Shown: positions 13,816 through 26,559 of the stretch, piece after piece
How positions within the stretch are numbered: the stretch's first letter is position 1
Layout of the letters: the number at the start of each line of letters is the position of its first letter
NCBI GenBank assembly: GCA_964016885.1
Contig: OZ024740.1
Coordinates: forward strand, 308,202,001-308,266,000
Reading direction: 5' to 3'
DNA: 64,000 nucleotides
DNA from: Eledone cirrhosa
Lineage: Eukaryota
Program-made: the position numbers and the translations under genes
Notes under the pieces: generated by a model
What the model was told of the DNA's origin: nothing
Database searches by the model: none
What the model saw: only the letters and a program-made list of their open reading frames with translations

Positions 13816-14112
13816 ACTATTTTTTCAATCATTTAATGAAAAATGCTGAGAGAATTACTAAGGTTTTTAGTTATTAAATTACTAAAGTAGTAACTTAACA
13901 TATGATTATATATAATTATGTTGGAAGATTTTAACTTAAATAGGAACCCTTCAAAATGGATAGTTTTGTTTCATAGAACTAGAGCCGGTTTTAGCCAGGT
14001 TGATTTCAAAAGGGTTAAGTGAAATGAATTATATTATGATTAATTTGAAGTGTATATATCTTTTGTTCAGATGCCAAAATACCATTTTAATATAGTTTGA
14101 GACAGTAATATT

Positions 14113-14256
14113 GGTTTCTTATATATAGGCACAAGGCCAGCAATTTTGGGGGAAGAGAAAGTTGATTAAATCAACCCCAATGTGTGACTGGTACTTTATT
14201 TTATCAACCCCGTAAGGATGAAAGGCAAAGTTAACCTTGGCGGGATTTGAACTCAG
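14113..14256 (-). mobile_element. 5'-truncated Meta-like SINE with 18-bp TSD
   Basis: GTTTGAGACAGTAATATT at 14095-14112 and 14257-14274 flanks the core. Confidence 0.8.
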
Positions 14257-15249
14257 GTTTGAGACAGTAATATTAAAATATATGTTTGGTGTGTTTTGTA
14301 ACTGTACAGTTGTGTAGATTGATGTCATAGGTATACCCATGTGCTGTTAATGTACCAATATGTGTGTAGATAAATATGTAATAGCTTTGATTGATGCCAT
14401 ACTAATGTTCAGGTTTGTCATTAATGTATCAAACTATCTTAGGTAGTTGAATATGTGGTTGTATGAACTATATGGATTGAATTGTAGCTTTCACACATTT
14501 TTTTTATCGAAGTAAAAGAGCATGGCTTCGAAGACTGACAGGTAGAAGAGTTACTGAGTTACTGATAAAACACATTGCCACTTCCAACAATATTCAAGTT
14601 TAGAATCATCAGCTACAAAATATCTTAAATTTTCTCTCCAGTGAGATTATCATTGTTCCTTCATGTCCTTCAAGTTAAATGATAAATCAGGTAAATCACA
14701 GAAAACAGAAAAAAAAAATGGTTTTATAAAAGAACATTAAATAAATCTTCAGCTAGAATATGAAATCAACATATGCAAGAGGATAAACCTAATACTTTAA
14801 TCACATGAGAATTAACTAGCTGGATAGGGTACTGTAGGGTTGGGGTGATGGTTCTGGCTGGAAGCATAGAGCTCAGTGATGTCACTGGATCCCTTCTCAC
14901 AAGGAACCAGAGGTTAGGCAGATGGGGCTCTTGCAGATATATTCCATCCGGGTAAGATGGATGATAGGAGAGGATCAACGAGGTAGATGAGTTTACACTT
15001 TTCCCTCACAAGAACCTAGAATCATATATTCATTTTTTAATTTTGACACAAAGCCACAAATTTATAGCGAATGAGGTTATAGATGATTGAGTTGAGCCCA
15101 GAATTTTACTGTTAATATATTGATATCAGAAATGAAAACCAATGTCAAGCCCAGCAGAAATTGAATTCAAAATGTAAAGTAATATAATTTAATATATGAA
15201 GTAGTGACATGGGCATTGAGAGAGTATAGAGTGGAGAAATAATTGGTTA

Positions 15250-15750
15250 CAGTAATGATGACAATGTTTGAGAAGATGCATACAGTCGTAAGGAAAAAAG
15301 ACAGGGACAGTGACAAGTTTAAAGTGAAGATTAGAGTGCAAACAAAAAGCTTCCTTCTCTGTATGCAGGGCAGATTATACAAAGCATTTGTTTGAACTAC
15401 AAGGATGCATGGCAGTGAGATATGGGCCTTGGGTACAGAAGATGTGCAGCATCTAAAAATAAATGAAGCATACATGGCTTCACTAGAGGTGTAATGCTTT
15501 TGTGTATGAATTGTATACAATTGAACTGTGAGAAAAGTTGAGTATAAGTTGAACTGAGTGTAGCATGCAAGAGCATTGGTATGTGACACATAAGGAGAGC
15601 AAGAATTGCATAAAAAATGTTGAGCGCTTGAGATGGATGGAACCTGTGGAAGAGGGAGACCAAGCTAGATATGGATGAAGTTGTCAAGAATAACCTCAAG
15701 AAACAACACAGGACCAAGCTTATTGGAGATATGTCATAACACAGAAGTTC
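15250..15750 (+). mobile_element. Degenerate RTE LINE RT C-terminal fragment
   Basis: Decayed GRLY..MHGSE.WAL..ED..RL..NEA.M..W coding remnants homologous to younger copies. Confidence 0.65.
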
Positions 15751-17221
15751 AATAATTAGGGATTGATAAAAAAATACCAGACTGAAATAAGTACTGGGAT
15801 ATGTATGATCAACTAAACTCTTAAAGTAATAGCTGTAGTTCAATGACTGAAGCTAGTAAATGAGAAAAGAAAAGAATATAAGCAGAGCTATTGTTTAAAC
15901 CCTGAAATGATGTCATAACAACATACTTTCCTTCATCATTAGAAAGATATAATGATGACACATATCAGTAGTCTTCCATTACACCCTATTTATTTTTCAG
16001 TAACATTAACTGTATTTGATGAACTGACTATCCCACATATATAACATTGATAACTCTACATTCCATTGTTGTTTCCTCAAGAAAGCCAGAAATTACTTCA
16101 GTTCTTATCAGTACTGACTCTCTAGAAAGTGTAACCCACATTGGATTATTGCTCAAATAACTGGGATGGCAGTACAGCTATCATTCATGCACACATGTAC
16201 ACAAAAAATGGATTTTTGTTTTACTGTTTAGTCTGGGAGGGAAAGAAGGGAGGAAAGCATCATTCAATCACTTACTTGCAACAGAATGGACTTCATTAAA
16301 GGTATCCAAGAACCACCAGGTGTTGTTGTTAATATAAGTGACAGATTAAATCTACCACTCAAGTAGCCACAGCAAGATTTAAACTCAGAACAAAAAAAGC
16401 CAGAGTAAATACCACAATGCATCTCATATGATGCTCTAACAATTCTGCTAATCCACTACAATGGGCTGGTACTTTATTTAATAATAATAATGACTGACAT
16501 AACAACACACTACAACCATTGTCCCATACAGATAAAGTTTCTTTTGCATCACTCTACTACTCCAATATCAACTGTTGCTTTTCTAGGCACATTGACATTT
16601 TATTCCATCTGCCTTGGCTAGTCCAGTATACATACCACTCTTTCTCTCTACTTTGTCTCTTTTCCCATATCCAGCACTAAATACTTTTCCTAATCATTTC
16701 TTCCTACAGTTGAAGCCCTCTAGAATTCTTTCTATGCCTATATTTTTCCCACAGATATTGATCTGTAGGAGTTCAAACTAAATATCAACCCTATTTGATA
16801 GTTCTAATCTTTATATAAATATAATTTTCCTTTCTTTCCAGCCTTCATAATTAAACAAGCTTTGTCAAACTAATGCTCTATCCTGTTTACTTTTAACCCA
16901 CTGGTGACTATTTACATAATGATACAAGTCATGACAATTTATAAATGAATCTAACCATAAATTGTAATTTTCTGACATTATATTACTTAATTATTTACAG
17001 TTCAACACATTGAGTATCAGGTTGCATAAGTAGTGGTACTGTTTCATATATTCATGTGAGGTAAAAAAAATTATATTCTAATTTATCTTAATCAAAGTCT
17101 AGTTTAGCAGAGAAAATTTTTAAATGCTTTGTAGTTCAGTTAATAAGTGTCTTTACCTTATTACAAAACACAGAAATAAATATTGAAGATAACTTACATA
17201 AATTCTCACACACAATAACAC

Positions 17222-17560
17222 AATCATCATCATTTCATTTTACGTCCGCTTTTCCCTGCTAGCAAGGGTGGGACGGGAACTGATTCTGGCTTGATTTCTA
17301 CAGCTGGATGCCCTTCCTAACACCAACCTCATTTACAGTGAGTGCTAGGTGCTTTTTTTGCCGTGGCACCTCCACGACCACTTTGCAGTGGAATGATATG
17401 GACCCCAGTCCCTATCATCTCATTTCTACAGCTGAGTAAACTGGAGCAATGTGAAATAAAGTGTCTTGCTCAAGGAAACAACACATCACCCGGTCTGAGA
17501 ATTGAACTCACAACCTTTCGATTGCAAGGCCAATGCTCTAACCATTAAGCCATGTGCCTC
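17222..17560 (-). mobile_element. Young CORE-like SINE with RTE tail
   Basis: Near-identical to 11870-12214, 29580-29908 and 52501-52829. Confidence 0.85.
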
Positions 17561-17596
17561 CATATATATACATATATATATATATGTATATATATA

Positions 17597-17765
17597 TGGG
17601 AGCCCCTACATGGACACACTAGAAGAGGAAGACCAAGGTTAACGTATGTTGATGCCCTAAGGACAAACACTGGTCTGTTGGAGACGCAGGACATGGCAGC
17701 GATAATGAGGGACAGAGACCACTGGAGAGAACTCGTCCATGGATCTCGGGAATTTTACCCGCCTT

Positions 17766-17768
<3 letters not shown>
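17597..17768 (+). mobile_element. 3' end of a second RTE-clade family, embedded in (TA)n
   Basis: WEPLHGHTRRGRPRLTYVDALRTNTG...MRDRDHWR: RTE C-terminal GRP / DRxxW motifs; (TA)n on both sides. Confidence 0.7.
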
Positions 17769-17811
<43 letters not shown>

Positions 17812-18023
17812 CATTTTTTAACACTACAGGTGAAGTCATTCTTTTCCTTTTTTTCAAATATATATATGTATATATAGATATATATATAATCTGTATGAGC
17901 AAGGCATGGTCAGCCGACCAGATACTGCCCACAACAGGACAACCCGTCTAACCCATGCTAGTGTGGAAGAACGGACGTAAAATGATGATGATGATGATAT
18001 ATATATATATTATATACATATAT

Positions 18024-18637
18024 ATATTTGAAAAAAAGGAAAAGAATGACTTCACCTGTTGTGTTAAAAAATTTTTGATTTAATTTTATAATATTATGAG
18101 TTGGTAGACCCAGTAAGTTTTGTTAACTTCAGTGGGAAGAATTTTAGAGATGCCTGGTTAACTTGGGCTGGAGAATTTTCTCGCATTCGTCTGTCTGTGG
18201 CGATTGTCAAACTTAGATCAGGTTGTATGAGGAAATGTGTGACTATATATGAGAGAGATTTGGATGTGTCTGCGGTGTGGCGTGTGGTGTTAATGAGTGT
18301 TGATGAAGGTCCGGAGGAATTAAAGCATACATACATACATACATACATACATACATACATACATACATACACACACACACATATATATATATATACACTC
18401 AGAAAATGGTGAGGTTGTAAGATAAGGGTGTTTGAGAAGGTGGTCGTAAACATACTCTCCTGCTGGTTTTATTTCATTAGCTGACTTTTGATGAGTATAT
18501 AATGGCATAGCTGAATCAACAGCTATGCCATTATATACTCATCAAAAGTCAGCTAATGAAATAAAACCAGCAGGAGAGTATGTTTACGACCACCTTCTCA
18601 AACACCCTTATCTTACAACCTCACCATTTTCTGAGTG

Positions 18638-18668
<31 letters not shown>

Positions 18669-18994
18669 ACGTGTATGTGTGTATGTATGTATGTATGCTT
18701 TGATTCCTCCGGACCTTCATCATCATCAACAATCATTAACACCACACGCCACACCCAGACACATCCAAATCTCTCTTATATATAGTCACACATTTCAACA
18801 CAACCTGATCTAAGTTTGACAATCGCCACAGACAGACAGTTCTCCAGCCCAAGTTAACCAGGAATCTCTAAAATTCTTTCCACTGAAGTTAACAAAGAAC
18901 TTACTGGATCTACCAACTCATAATATTATAAAATTAAATCAAAAATATTTTAACACTACAAGTGAAGTCATTCTTTTCCTTTTTTTCAAATATA
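18024..18994. repeat. ~1 kb inverted repeat (palindrome) with 6-nt spacer
   Basis: ...ATGGCATAGCTG AATCAA CAGCTATGCCAT... (spacer 18514-18519); arms align out to ~18024 and ~18994. Confidence 0.95.
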
Positions 18995-19026
18995 CCTAAC
19001 TGTACCAAGGATCTCACACATTTTCC

Positions 19027-19090
<64 letters not shown>

Positions 19091-19093
<3 letters not shown>

Positions 19094-20045
19094 TAGCCAG
19101 AGTGAGAATGGGATGGAAGAAATTCAAGGAGCTACTACCACTGCTAGCTGCAAAAGGTTTTTTCCCTCAAAATGAAAGGCAGACTGTATGATGCATGTAT
19201 ATGAACAGCATTGTTGCATGGTAGTAAGACCTGAGCGCTGTGAGACGATGACTTGCGTAGGTTGGAAAGAAATGAAGCTTGTATGCAATGATGGATGTGT
19301 AATAGTAATATACATGAACAGCAAACCATAAATGAACTGAGAGAAACTAGGCATAAGAGGAATCAGATGCAGTGTACAGGAGAGGAGATTACGTTGGTAT
19401 GGACATGTGATGCATATGAAGGATGACAGCTGTTTAAAAAGGTGCAGAGCGCTCAAAGTCAATAGAAGCCGTGGAGTGGGGAGACCCAGAAAGACTTTGG
19501 ATGAGGTGTTAAAAGCTGACATTACCTAATTGCACCCCTCAAAGGCGATGACATAGGACCAAGATCTCTGGCGTTACACAGTAATACAGAAGACCTGACT
19601 TCCCACCGGCACTGGCCAAAGCATACATACAGTATGCACCTCCCCATCACACCCCACCCTCCCATGAGGACAGGCTGAAGTGCCCAGCCCACACTGTAAA
19701 GTGGTCGTGATGGTGACACGACAAAAAGTGCCCAGTCCACATTGTAAAGTGGTCGTGTAGGTGTCACAACAAAAAGCACCCAGTCCACACTGTAAAGTGG
19801 TCATGATGGTGACACAACAAAACCACCCATTCCATACTACAAAGTGGTTGTGTAGGTGTCACAACAAAAAGCACCCAGTGCTCACTGTAAATATTGTTAG
19901 TGTTAGAAAGGGCATCCAGCTGTTGAAACCAAGCCAAAATCAGTTCTGTATGCGTAAGACATGGTCACCTGATCTGGCATTTATCAGAACAGGACAACTC
20001 GTCCAACTCATGCTAGCATGAAAAAAAGGACATTAAACAGTGATT
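19091..20045 (+). mobile_element. 5'-truncated RTE LINE with 48-bp repeats in its 3'UTR
   Basis: RT C-terminal remnants (GWKKF.EL.PLLAAKGF...RLRWYGHV), 3'UTR repeats 19680-19890, (TA)n on both sides. Confidence 0.85.
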
Positions 20046-20068
20046 ATATATATATATATATATATATA

Positions 20069-20910
20069 TGTCCTAAATGCAAAGTATGGGTGCATAAAAG
20101 ATGTAGTGGGATCACAGGTAAGCTAACTAAGAACATAGATTTTACATGTGGCCGGTGCTCTGGTGCAATAAGTAGCAGCAAGTGCCCACAAAATACTAGC
20201 TCTTTCAATTGCGCAGAGGGTTCTATAGAAATAGTGGACAGTTTCCGTTACCTGGGTGATAAAATCAGCAGTGGGGGAGGGTGCTCTGAAAGTACAGTAG
20301 CTAGAGTCAGAACTGGTTGGAAAAAGTTCAGAGAGCTTATACCACTATTAGCTGCTAAAGGGTTCTCCCTAAAAATGAAAGGCAGGTTGTACGATGCCTG
20401 CATACGAACAGCAATGTTGCATGGCAGTGAGACCTGGGCATTGTGTGCAGAGGATATACGCAGACTAGAGAGGAACGAAGCTTGCATGCTCCGCTGGATG
20501 TGTAACAGTAATATACGTGAACGGCAAAGCATAAACGAACTAAGGAAAAAAAATTAGAAATAAGAGGGATCAGATGTTGTTTACTCGAGAGAAGGCTACG
20601 TTGGTATGGACACGTGATGCGCATGAAAGTCGATAGCTGTATAACAAAGTGCAGGGCAATAAAGATAGACGGTAGCCACGGAATAGGCAGACCTAGAAAA
20701 ACCTGGAACGAGCTGATAAACTCCGACCTCACACACTTACACCTCTCCAAGACAATGTCACTGGACCGAGACCTTTGGCGGTACTCAGTAACAGAGAAGA
20801 CCCGCCTTACCTAAATACATAGTAAAAACCTACTACAGCCAGTAGGCATCTCTAACAAAATATGGTCCTAACCCATGCTAGCGTGGAATATGGACATTTA
20901 AATGGTGACA
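20069..20910 (+). mobile_element. 5'-truncated RTE LINE (young family)
   Basis: ORFs 20018-20557 and 20614-20814 match 48144-49763; frameshift in an A-run near 20546-20553. Confidence 0.9.
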
Positions 20911-22636
20911 TAGTTACAGGCATGACTGCCATCTACTTAGTGGAACAAGTATAAAGAACAATAAAATACCCACCCACACACATATATATAAGTGTTTTAC
21001 GCAATGAGGAGTGATATTGCATAACAAAAGAAGGAAAAAGTGATTACCTTCAGCAACTTGACCTCAGCTTTAAATTACAATAAATCTGTAAGCTAGAAAA
21101 CAGCAATAATCTGGTGAGAAAATAGATAAGGCTACAACCTGTTGCAGATGACAGCTCCATATGGTGAGAGGGTTAAAAAAAGACTAGCAATAGATATAAC
21201 TAAAGCACACAATATTTTATTGAGAGCAGTTGCTAAGTGTATAGCTTCTAATACAATATGTTAAATTCAAAAGCCATATACGTGGATTGTGGTCATACTA
21301 CATTTTATCCATTGTGATTATATTGCCCGAGTGTTACAGCAATCTTGAATGAGATAGACCACACCCAAAAGTTGCAAACTTTCTGGTTTAAACTATAGTT
21401 GTGAGAAAACAAAGCATCTCATGATCCATCACATTTCACAAAATAAAAGATTTGTTCAGACAAAGTTCTAAACAAAATGCGGTGGTCATGGCCAGAGAGA
21501 ACTAAATACGAAAAACATATAAAATTGCACTTTTCCGCAAATATATTATAATTTAAAATCTTTGAAAAATTTCTTTCAATTATAGTTATGAAAAGGCTAA
21601 TATGTGACACAAAATTGAGTCGACTGGTGATATGTCGCATTAAAGAAGACTCAACTTCCCAGACAAGCAGGATTAAATGCAAGCAGAGAAATATAATGCC
21701 TTTTTTTTCAGGCCCCTATTTCTCCTCCCTATCTATCTAACTCCCTCTCCACCAGCCTAGTCTTTCTATCCCCCACTTAAACTTCCCTTCCATTCACATC
21801 CCTGATTTCTCCTTTCTCACCCAACCCCTGCCAACATGGAAAGACAAAAACACCTCCTGTGGAGAACTGCCATCTATTACTTGTTCTCTCCCCCACTTTA
21901 CGACTACTTCCTTCCCCCTGTCCCAAACCTCCATGACTTATTCCTCTATTACTTATTCCTCCATTGACTCACATCCCTGATTCCCCTTTCTTTGTCCAAT
22001 TATGTCCTCTCAAATGTACCTCCAGACATCATTCTATTTAAGACCACTCCTCTCTCTCTCACATGTTCCTCAGCAAACAACATTGAACTTGCCTCCGTAC
22101 CCATCACACATCACTGCTTTCCCAGTCTGGTCAAGGACATCACAATATCACTCACTCTCTTTAAGGCCATCTCTTTCTCATCCCCTCCAGTATGCAGGTC
22201 ACCTTTTTCTCACTTTCCTTTCTTGGCAAGAAACATGTCTCTTAACCCCTCCCATTTTCATGCTTTCATCTTTTCCACTTCCACCACTGCCTTCTCGGCT
22301 TGGCTGAGGATGACACAATAGCAAGTCAAGTGTTGAAAAGTGATAGTAGGGGTGCCATGATAAAAACCACCCAATCCACCCTATTAGGTGGTAGTGGCAG
22401 TGCATGATAAAATGTACTCAGTACACATTTTGAAGTGGTTGGTATGAGGAGGGGCAACTAGCTGCAGAAACCATGCCAGAATGGAACATATGAGCAAGTC
22501 AGTCATGACATGTCAAGAATCTGAACACGACAACCCATCTAATCCATACAATCATGGAAAATATACATAAAACAATGATGATGATGATGATGATGATGAT
22601 GATGGTGGTGATGGTGATGGTGTGTGTATATATATA

Positions 22637-22676
<40 letters not shown>

Positions 22677-23399
22677 TATATATATATATATTCATGTATA
22701 TATATTTATATATATGTGTATATATATATGTGTGTGTGAGCAAAAATGTCTGCAGGAGGGAGAAAGAAAAAAGTTATCTATCTAGTATAAGGCAGCTAAA
22801 TTATTATCATAGTTCTTACATATAACATGTATTGCACTACCTTAGGTTTCAAAACCTAGGTATGGCCTCAACTGCTGACTGTCACAGTGGTGCAGAATGC
22901 ATGAGCAATCATGCAAAACTTAGACTTATAGTCAGGCGTCTGATGCTATATGCCTAAGTATTGTTACATGTATGTATCATAATAATGATATTAAATATAT
23001 ATATATGTGTGTGTGGTTATATATATATTTATATATGTATAGTAAAAATATCAACAAGAAGAAAGATCCCTCTATATATTCACAGCTAAATTACTATGAT
23101 GTGTATGCATGAGAATTCATTACAACTAAAGGTTTTATGATCTATTAATCTTCTATAAGTGCAAGCTATGTTTGTTAGTCATATCATCAGGCAAAGGTGA
23201 CAAAATGGATGAACAAGATTTAGCAATAAAAGTCTCAGAAAGAATAAGAGAAATTGAGAAACATGAAGTGATGAAAGGGAGGTAACTAAAAAAAAATAAT
23301 TTTCCTGTTGGAAAATAGCTGTGAAAAATGAGAAAATATGTAAATCCTAGAGTTACACTCTCTTTGAAGAGAAAATAAGATAAGATGAAAAAAGTGACA

Positions 23400-24450
23400 G
23401 AAGGATTTATAGGTGGTGCATTTGGGGTTAGAAGATAATGTATGTCAAACTCATCTTCAGTATAGAGGGATTCTTATAAAGAGGATGTGAGATGTGCTGA
23501 GAGAAGATATGGGTGAGAATAGGGTATGAGGCATTGCATGTTGTGGATTTAGGAATTGGTGTTTTCATTAAGAGAGTATTTTATGAAAACAGGTCTTGAA
23601 AATCTCACTTTTGGAGTTTAATTGATTCAAAACCCTTGAGTATTCTGTATTTTTTGCTCGTACCAAACCCATATTTCTTTGATCTGTTGATATATGGTTT
23701 GGTCTTTTCTAGTATTCTCCATTTTATTTTATGGAGTATACTTCTTCCCTTTAATTCCTACACATATTTCGCCAGGGTAATTAAGGGTTTCATTTCAGGA
23801 TGCCTGAAGGTCCAATTATATGAGTAAAATCTTTGCTTAAATCTGTCTTTTACTAAACCCATATATTTTTTCCTGCCAACTGCTTGGATGGTGTTGCCAG
23901 CTGTAACTTCTGCTTCATATACAATCAAATAAACTATTTGCAGTGAGCATTTAACCTTTATCCTACATGAACATCCAAGTTCTTCCATGGGTTTATGCCT
24001 TGCAGTTATCACTAATTTTATGGAAGGGTCACACGAATAAGTCCCTTTGATGGGGTGCCTATATACCTGTGGTGGGAGGAGAAAATGTTTGTATATTAAT
24101 TCTAGAAAATTTGTGCCTGTTAGTTTTTACATTTAGAAAGAAATGGGATGCGAACCAGCTAATTTTCCTGACTATTTTGTTGGAAGGTGTTGGGTATATA
24201 TTGTGATTTATTTTTTATGCTGTTATCTAGAAAGGCCCTATCGAGGGGGCTGCTTTAAAAATTATTTCCTAAGCAGATGATCGATTGGATATCTTGCAAC
24301 TAATGTTATGGACTTAGTTCCTGAACACTATGGGGTGGAGGTGGTGACAAGGACCTATGTTAATATATTTTAGTTTTCATTTGGCTTATGAAAGGGCTTT
24401 TTAAGAACTTGCAGTTAAATCATCGTTTACATATCAAAGCCTTTGCTGTG
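23400..24450 (-). mobile_element. Degenerate Penelope-like element (GIY-YIG endonuclease region)
   Basis: CSCR..C...IVYEAEV...KYMGL...FKQRFYSY..TFRH.....TLAKYV (23758-24012) fits the PLE GIY-YIG pattern; contains stops. Confidence 0.7.
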
Positions 24451-25639
24451 AAAAGCATGAAGTCTAAACATTTTCCATTATTCCTTTTTACACAGAAGAA
24501 CATAAGAGATTAATTACCTTTATGTATATCAAAGAATTTTGTATAGTCTGTAATGTTTCTGTATACAGAGGAGTCTTATAGCAATGCTTTATATGTCAAA
24601 AACTGTTCTATTTAACAAATATATTACTGGCACTTAGACTATTAATCCTGGTATGATGAATAAGTTAAGATGATCTTAGGGATACTTGGAATCAGTATAA
24701 TGAAGAACCAAATGATACTATTGCATATATTCTTAATAATATTCTCTCACATAGACACAAAAGCCAAGATTTTTATAGCTAAGAAAAATAGAATATTGTG
24801 ATATTTTTGCAGGTGTTTTTGCTTGTATTTGGTGGGAATCTTATCTGTAAACATGTGAACATTCTTTGACTAGGAACAAAAACGCATATGCATAGATGGT
24901 AAATTGGATGTTGTGACATTCGTGTTTTTACAAAAGATCACTAGAATTGCAAGTGGTAATGTGATAACTTGATATGCTAAAAACTAGCAACCGAACCTCC
25001 CTAAATGCACAGGGAAGAACACAGATTACGTAGTTTTAAATACCCTTAAAAAGCTGGGATGCTTACAATAGAACCAGGATTGGATTAAGCTAATGCAGTG
25101 CCTGCTATGTGTTATAAAGGGTTCAAAATTTAAAGCCAAGCTATAATTCAACAGCATATTTGAAGGTCCAATTTATATCGAACAGCTAGTATGAGGGTGG
25201 GGTACAACACAAGCCATTGCCATTGAGTGTTAGATATGCATTCCATCAGAACATTGAATTATAATTATTTTTATGGATCCAGCTGAATATTTGAAAAAAC
25301 AAACTATATTGACTATCGAGTATAGGAAGGGGAATAATTGAAATGAAGGCAAGTGTTTTACTATTTATTATTTGACTGAAAGCTTGATATTGACTTGCTA
25401 GCCAGTGTTATTTGAGATATTTAGAAGGTCGACCCTGGAAAATGATTGATTAGATACAGTAAATTTTGTGGTGAATTTGAATAAGTATTTCCTTGTTCCA
25501 TAAAACATAATTTCATTCTACACTAAATCTAAGACACACAACTTTCAGTTAATCTGGATTGAGTGGTGCACCAGTGTTGTTTAAAAAAAAAACTGGATAT
25601 AGAGATAAGGACAATTTTCCTAGATCTGAATGAGAGATC

Positions 25640-26145
25640 AGTGGTCAAAGAATGAGCAGTAGTAAAGGCGATTGTGGTGCCTACAGACTTGTGGTTATGT
25701 ATGCTCAAACAGGAGCAGGGTGGCTAAACTTCTTTAGATGCTTAGAAACATTCCTTGGAACATCTTGCTCATCAGCATTAGTAGGCAACTGGAATGACAT
25801 TTTGGATATATGCACAGATTGTGTGGGAATAACAAATAAGAGAGGCTGACCAAATTTTAGAGTGCTTCACAAAAGGTGGGTGAAAGTGATAATATTGAAG
25901 ACTGTTCCTTTCTAAGATAGGAGGAAAAGAAACTGAAAATACAGCTTCAATGCCTTTAGTGATAAAGGAGTTTGTGTGGATTTTGCCCTGAATTACCCGA
26001 GGTGGTTTTCCTTATTAGAAATTTCTTTTCTTGTGGGAAAATTATTTTTATATTTATTGTTTTTGTTGATTTCGAGCCTTTTTTATTTTTACTTTTTTGT
26101 AAAGTCTTTGTATTGTCCACGGCATCCTGGGTTCAATAAAATCCT
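25640..26145 (+). mobile_element. Internally deleted Tx1/L1-like LINE (APE endonuclease fragment plus 3' end)
   Basis: YRLVVMYA...FFRCLETFL...LVGNWNDILD resembles APE motifs (VYAP, GDFN); AAAGGTGGGTGAAAGTG matches the 12988-13360 element; AATAAA at the end. Confidence 0.55.
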
Positions 26146-26147
26146 TA

Positions 26148-26365
26148 CTGGCAATATCGGTAGAGTATCGGACATGATTTATGGCATATAGTTACGTCCA
26201 TTTACATATTTAGTTCAAATCCCACCGAGGTTAACTTTGCCTTTCATCTTTACGGGGTCGATAAAATAAAGCACCAGCAATGCACGGGGGTCGATGTAAT
26301 CGACTTTCCCTTCCCCCAAAAATTGATTGGCCTTGTGCCTAAATCAGAAACTATTATTATTACTA
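26148..26365 (+). mobile_element. Meta-like tRNA SINE
   Basis: TGGCAATATCGGTAGAG head, GTTCAAATCCC B box, Meta-like core, (ATT)n tail. Confidence 0.8.
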
Positions 26366-26498
26366 CTACTACTATTATTATGATCATCGTTATTTTACCC
26401 CTGGGACTAAGGTTTAGAGAGGCTATAAACAACCTGACTGTATCAATGCGAAATGAAAACTTTACAGCAATTTCTATTATTCATCTACACGGCGAGGC

Positions 26499-26559
26499 GA
26501 CGTCATAAGGATAAAGGGTATTTTAGACTTACTAAAATACCCTTTATCCTTATGACGTC
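26499..26559. repeat. Perfect 28-bp-arm hairpin with CRE-like ends
   Basis: GACGTCATAAGGATAAAGGGTATTTTAG ACTTA CTAAAATACCCTTTATCCTTATGACGTC; TGACGTCA at 26553-26560. Confidence 0.9.

Noticed and set aside
18298-18330. Hammerhead core in the palindrome arm (TTGATGAAGGTCCGGAGGAATTAAAGC)
   Set aside because: Neither arm has both CTGA and GAAA intact, and the stems do not pair convincingly.
18320-18813. Duplicated small protein MPLYTHQKSANEIKPAG on both strands
   Set aside because: A by-product of the palindrome; the ORFs run into microsatellites and have no recognisable homology.
22552-22825. ORFs rich in YI/CV/M repeats (also 17739-17951, 29455-30098)
   Set aside because: Translations of (TA)n, (TG)n and (ATG)n microsatellites.
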